Assembly: GCA_964291215.2 (NCBI GenBank)
Contig: OZ219790.1
Location: 416,001-480,000, forward strand
Source: Alphaproteobacteria bacterium
GTDB lineage: Bacteria > Pseudomonadota > Alphaproteobacteria > MPNO01 > UBA830
Direction of reading: 5' to 3'
Length of the DNA: 64,000 nt
Shown here: positions 63,173 to 64,000 of the stretch, one piece after another
How positions within the stretch are numbered: the first letter of the stretch is position 1
Layout: each line of letters opens with the position of its first letter
Program-made: the position numbers and the translations under genes
The notes under the pieces: generated by a model
Seen by the model: only the letters and a program-made list of their open reading frames with translations
The model's database searches: none
What the model was told of the DNA's origin: nothing

Positions 63173-64000
63173 CAGCCGCTCCTCCCATGCGAGAGGGCAA
63201 CCCATAGGCGCGCGCGCCTATGCAGTCAAGGCCGAGAGCAGCGACACGGCGAACAAAATCAGCAAGCTCTCACACTTGGCAGGGTACCTGGGTAGTTACG
63301 ATTTTTCTTTGCCGCCAATTCTGGCATAACGGCATGCAAGATTTCCAGTACCGAATTGTACATATTTGTTGCATCGCCTTGATACCCAAGAAACAGGGGA
63401 AGCATTGCAGTTTGCTTCTGCTCCTTATCCGGAGCAGCGGGAAGGGAAATGGGAATGTTGCCCGATTGTATTTCGAAAGCTGCACGGTCATAGGCAACGT
63501 CATACAACCAATCGTGGATGTCTCGAAGCGGCGAGTGAGCGATCAATCGACGTCGAGTTTCTCCTTCCCGGCGAGAGCCTTGTGTATAATGTGGCTTGGC
63601 GCGTAGATTGTCCTTATTCAGCCAAGCTGGTTCTTCAGTACGATTGGATGGAAAATAGAGCAAACAATTTTCTGATATTATGTTTTTTACGGCCGTGATT
63701 TGTGAAGGATCCAGTATGTTAGATTTGAAGTGATCCATTTCTTCGTCATCGAAGTGAGCTTCCCAAGCATCAAACCCGGGGCTGCCGTCTGGCATCGGTG
63801 CTTGGGTATACTCTTTCCTTGGTTTTCTCAGGCGGAGTTCTTGAATAAAATATTCAGGATGAAAGTCACATCTAGCATAATAATATTCGGCCCCAACGGA
63901 GATGTAGGAGCTGCTGCGCAGCTTGAATACCCTGTCGGCATCCAATTCTCTCGATTCCAGATAAACGCTGTCCTTGGCAATCACCATGGCATTGACTATG

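Larger units (their letters stand above)
60943..63299 (-). mobile_element. IS66-family element carrying a DNA adenine methyltransferase
   Basis: IRs GTAACTGCCCAGGT / ACCTGGGTAGTTAC. 8-bp target duplication GATTTTTC at 60935-60942 and 63300-63307. Confidence 0.9.
59868..64000 (-). pseudogene. ABC-type ATPase + TOPRIM (OLD-like) defence-type gene interrupted by IS66; 5-prime end lies beyond the window
   Basis: Upstream part ..PELAAKKN (63300 onward) joins in frame to LRFGIGGR..LSSGE (signature), VVVDEVDLHLH (Walker B), MTTHS and IIVEGETD (TOPRIM). AT-rich. Confidence 0.85.

Overview
This is a GC-rich, probably alphaproteobacterial (inferred from codon style and REP-like palindromes) accessory region with no core genes, rRNA, tRNA or CRISPR. 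It looks like a decaying ICE/genomic-island backbone carrying defence cargo. Backbone, almost all on the minus strand: two partial copies of a leading-region-type module (DUF2493/SLOG, ssb, DUF4326, toprim), a strawberry-notch methylase-helicase, RadC, ParB, an AAA/vWA cluster and tandem tyrosine integrases. Cargo: (1) a metallo-beta-lactamase gene coupled to one 1166-aa E2-E1-JAB-patatin polypeptide, effectively Cap2+Cap3+phospholipase with no cyclase, which is the best candidate for an undescribed system; (2) a minimal ubiquitin-like operon (Ubl, E2-like/ThiF, DUF6527) divergent from an HTH+IrrE (CapH/CapP-like) pair, with a visible promoter and operator; (3) a type I R-M locus with a HEPN toxin, an MNT-HsdS fusion and a RhuM-Fic gene; (4) an ABC-ATPase-TOPRIM (OLD-like) gene split by an IS66 that carries a DNA adenine methylase. 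An RIT element with 45-bp inverted repeats and several IS elements (IS701, IS5, IS630, IS4, IS66) can be delimited to the base. Most backbone and IS genes are frameshifted, while the two ubiquitin-like systems and the RIT reading frames are intact. All family calls come from motif recognition by eye; no database searches were run.
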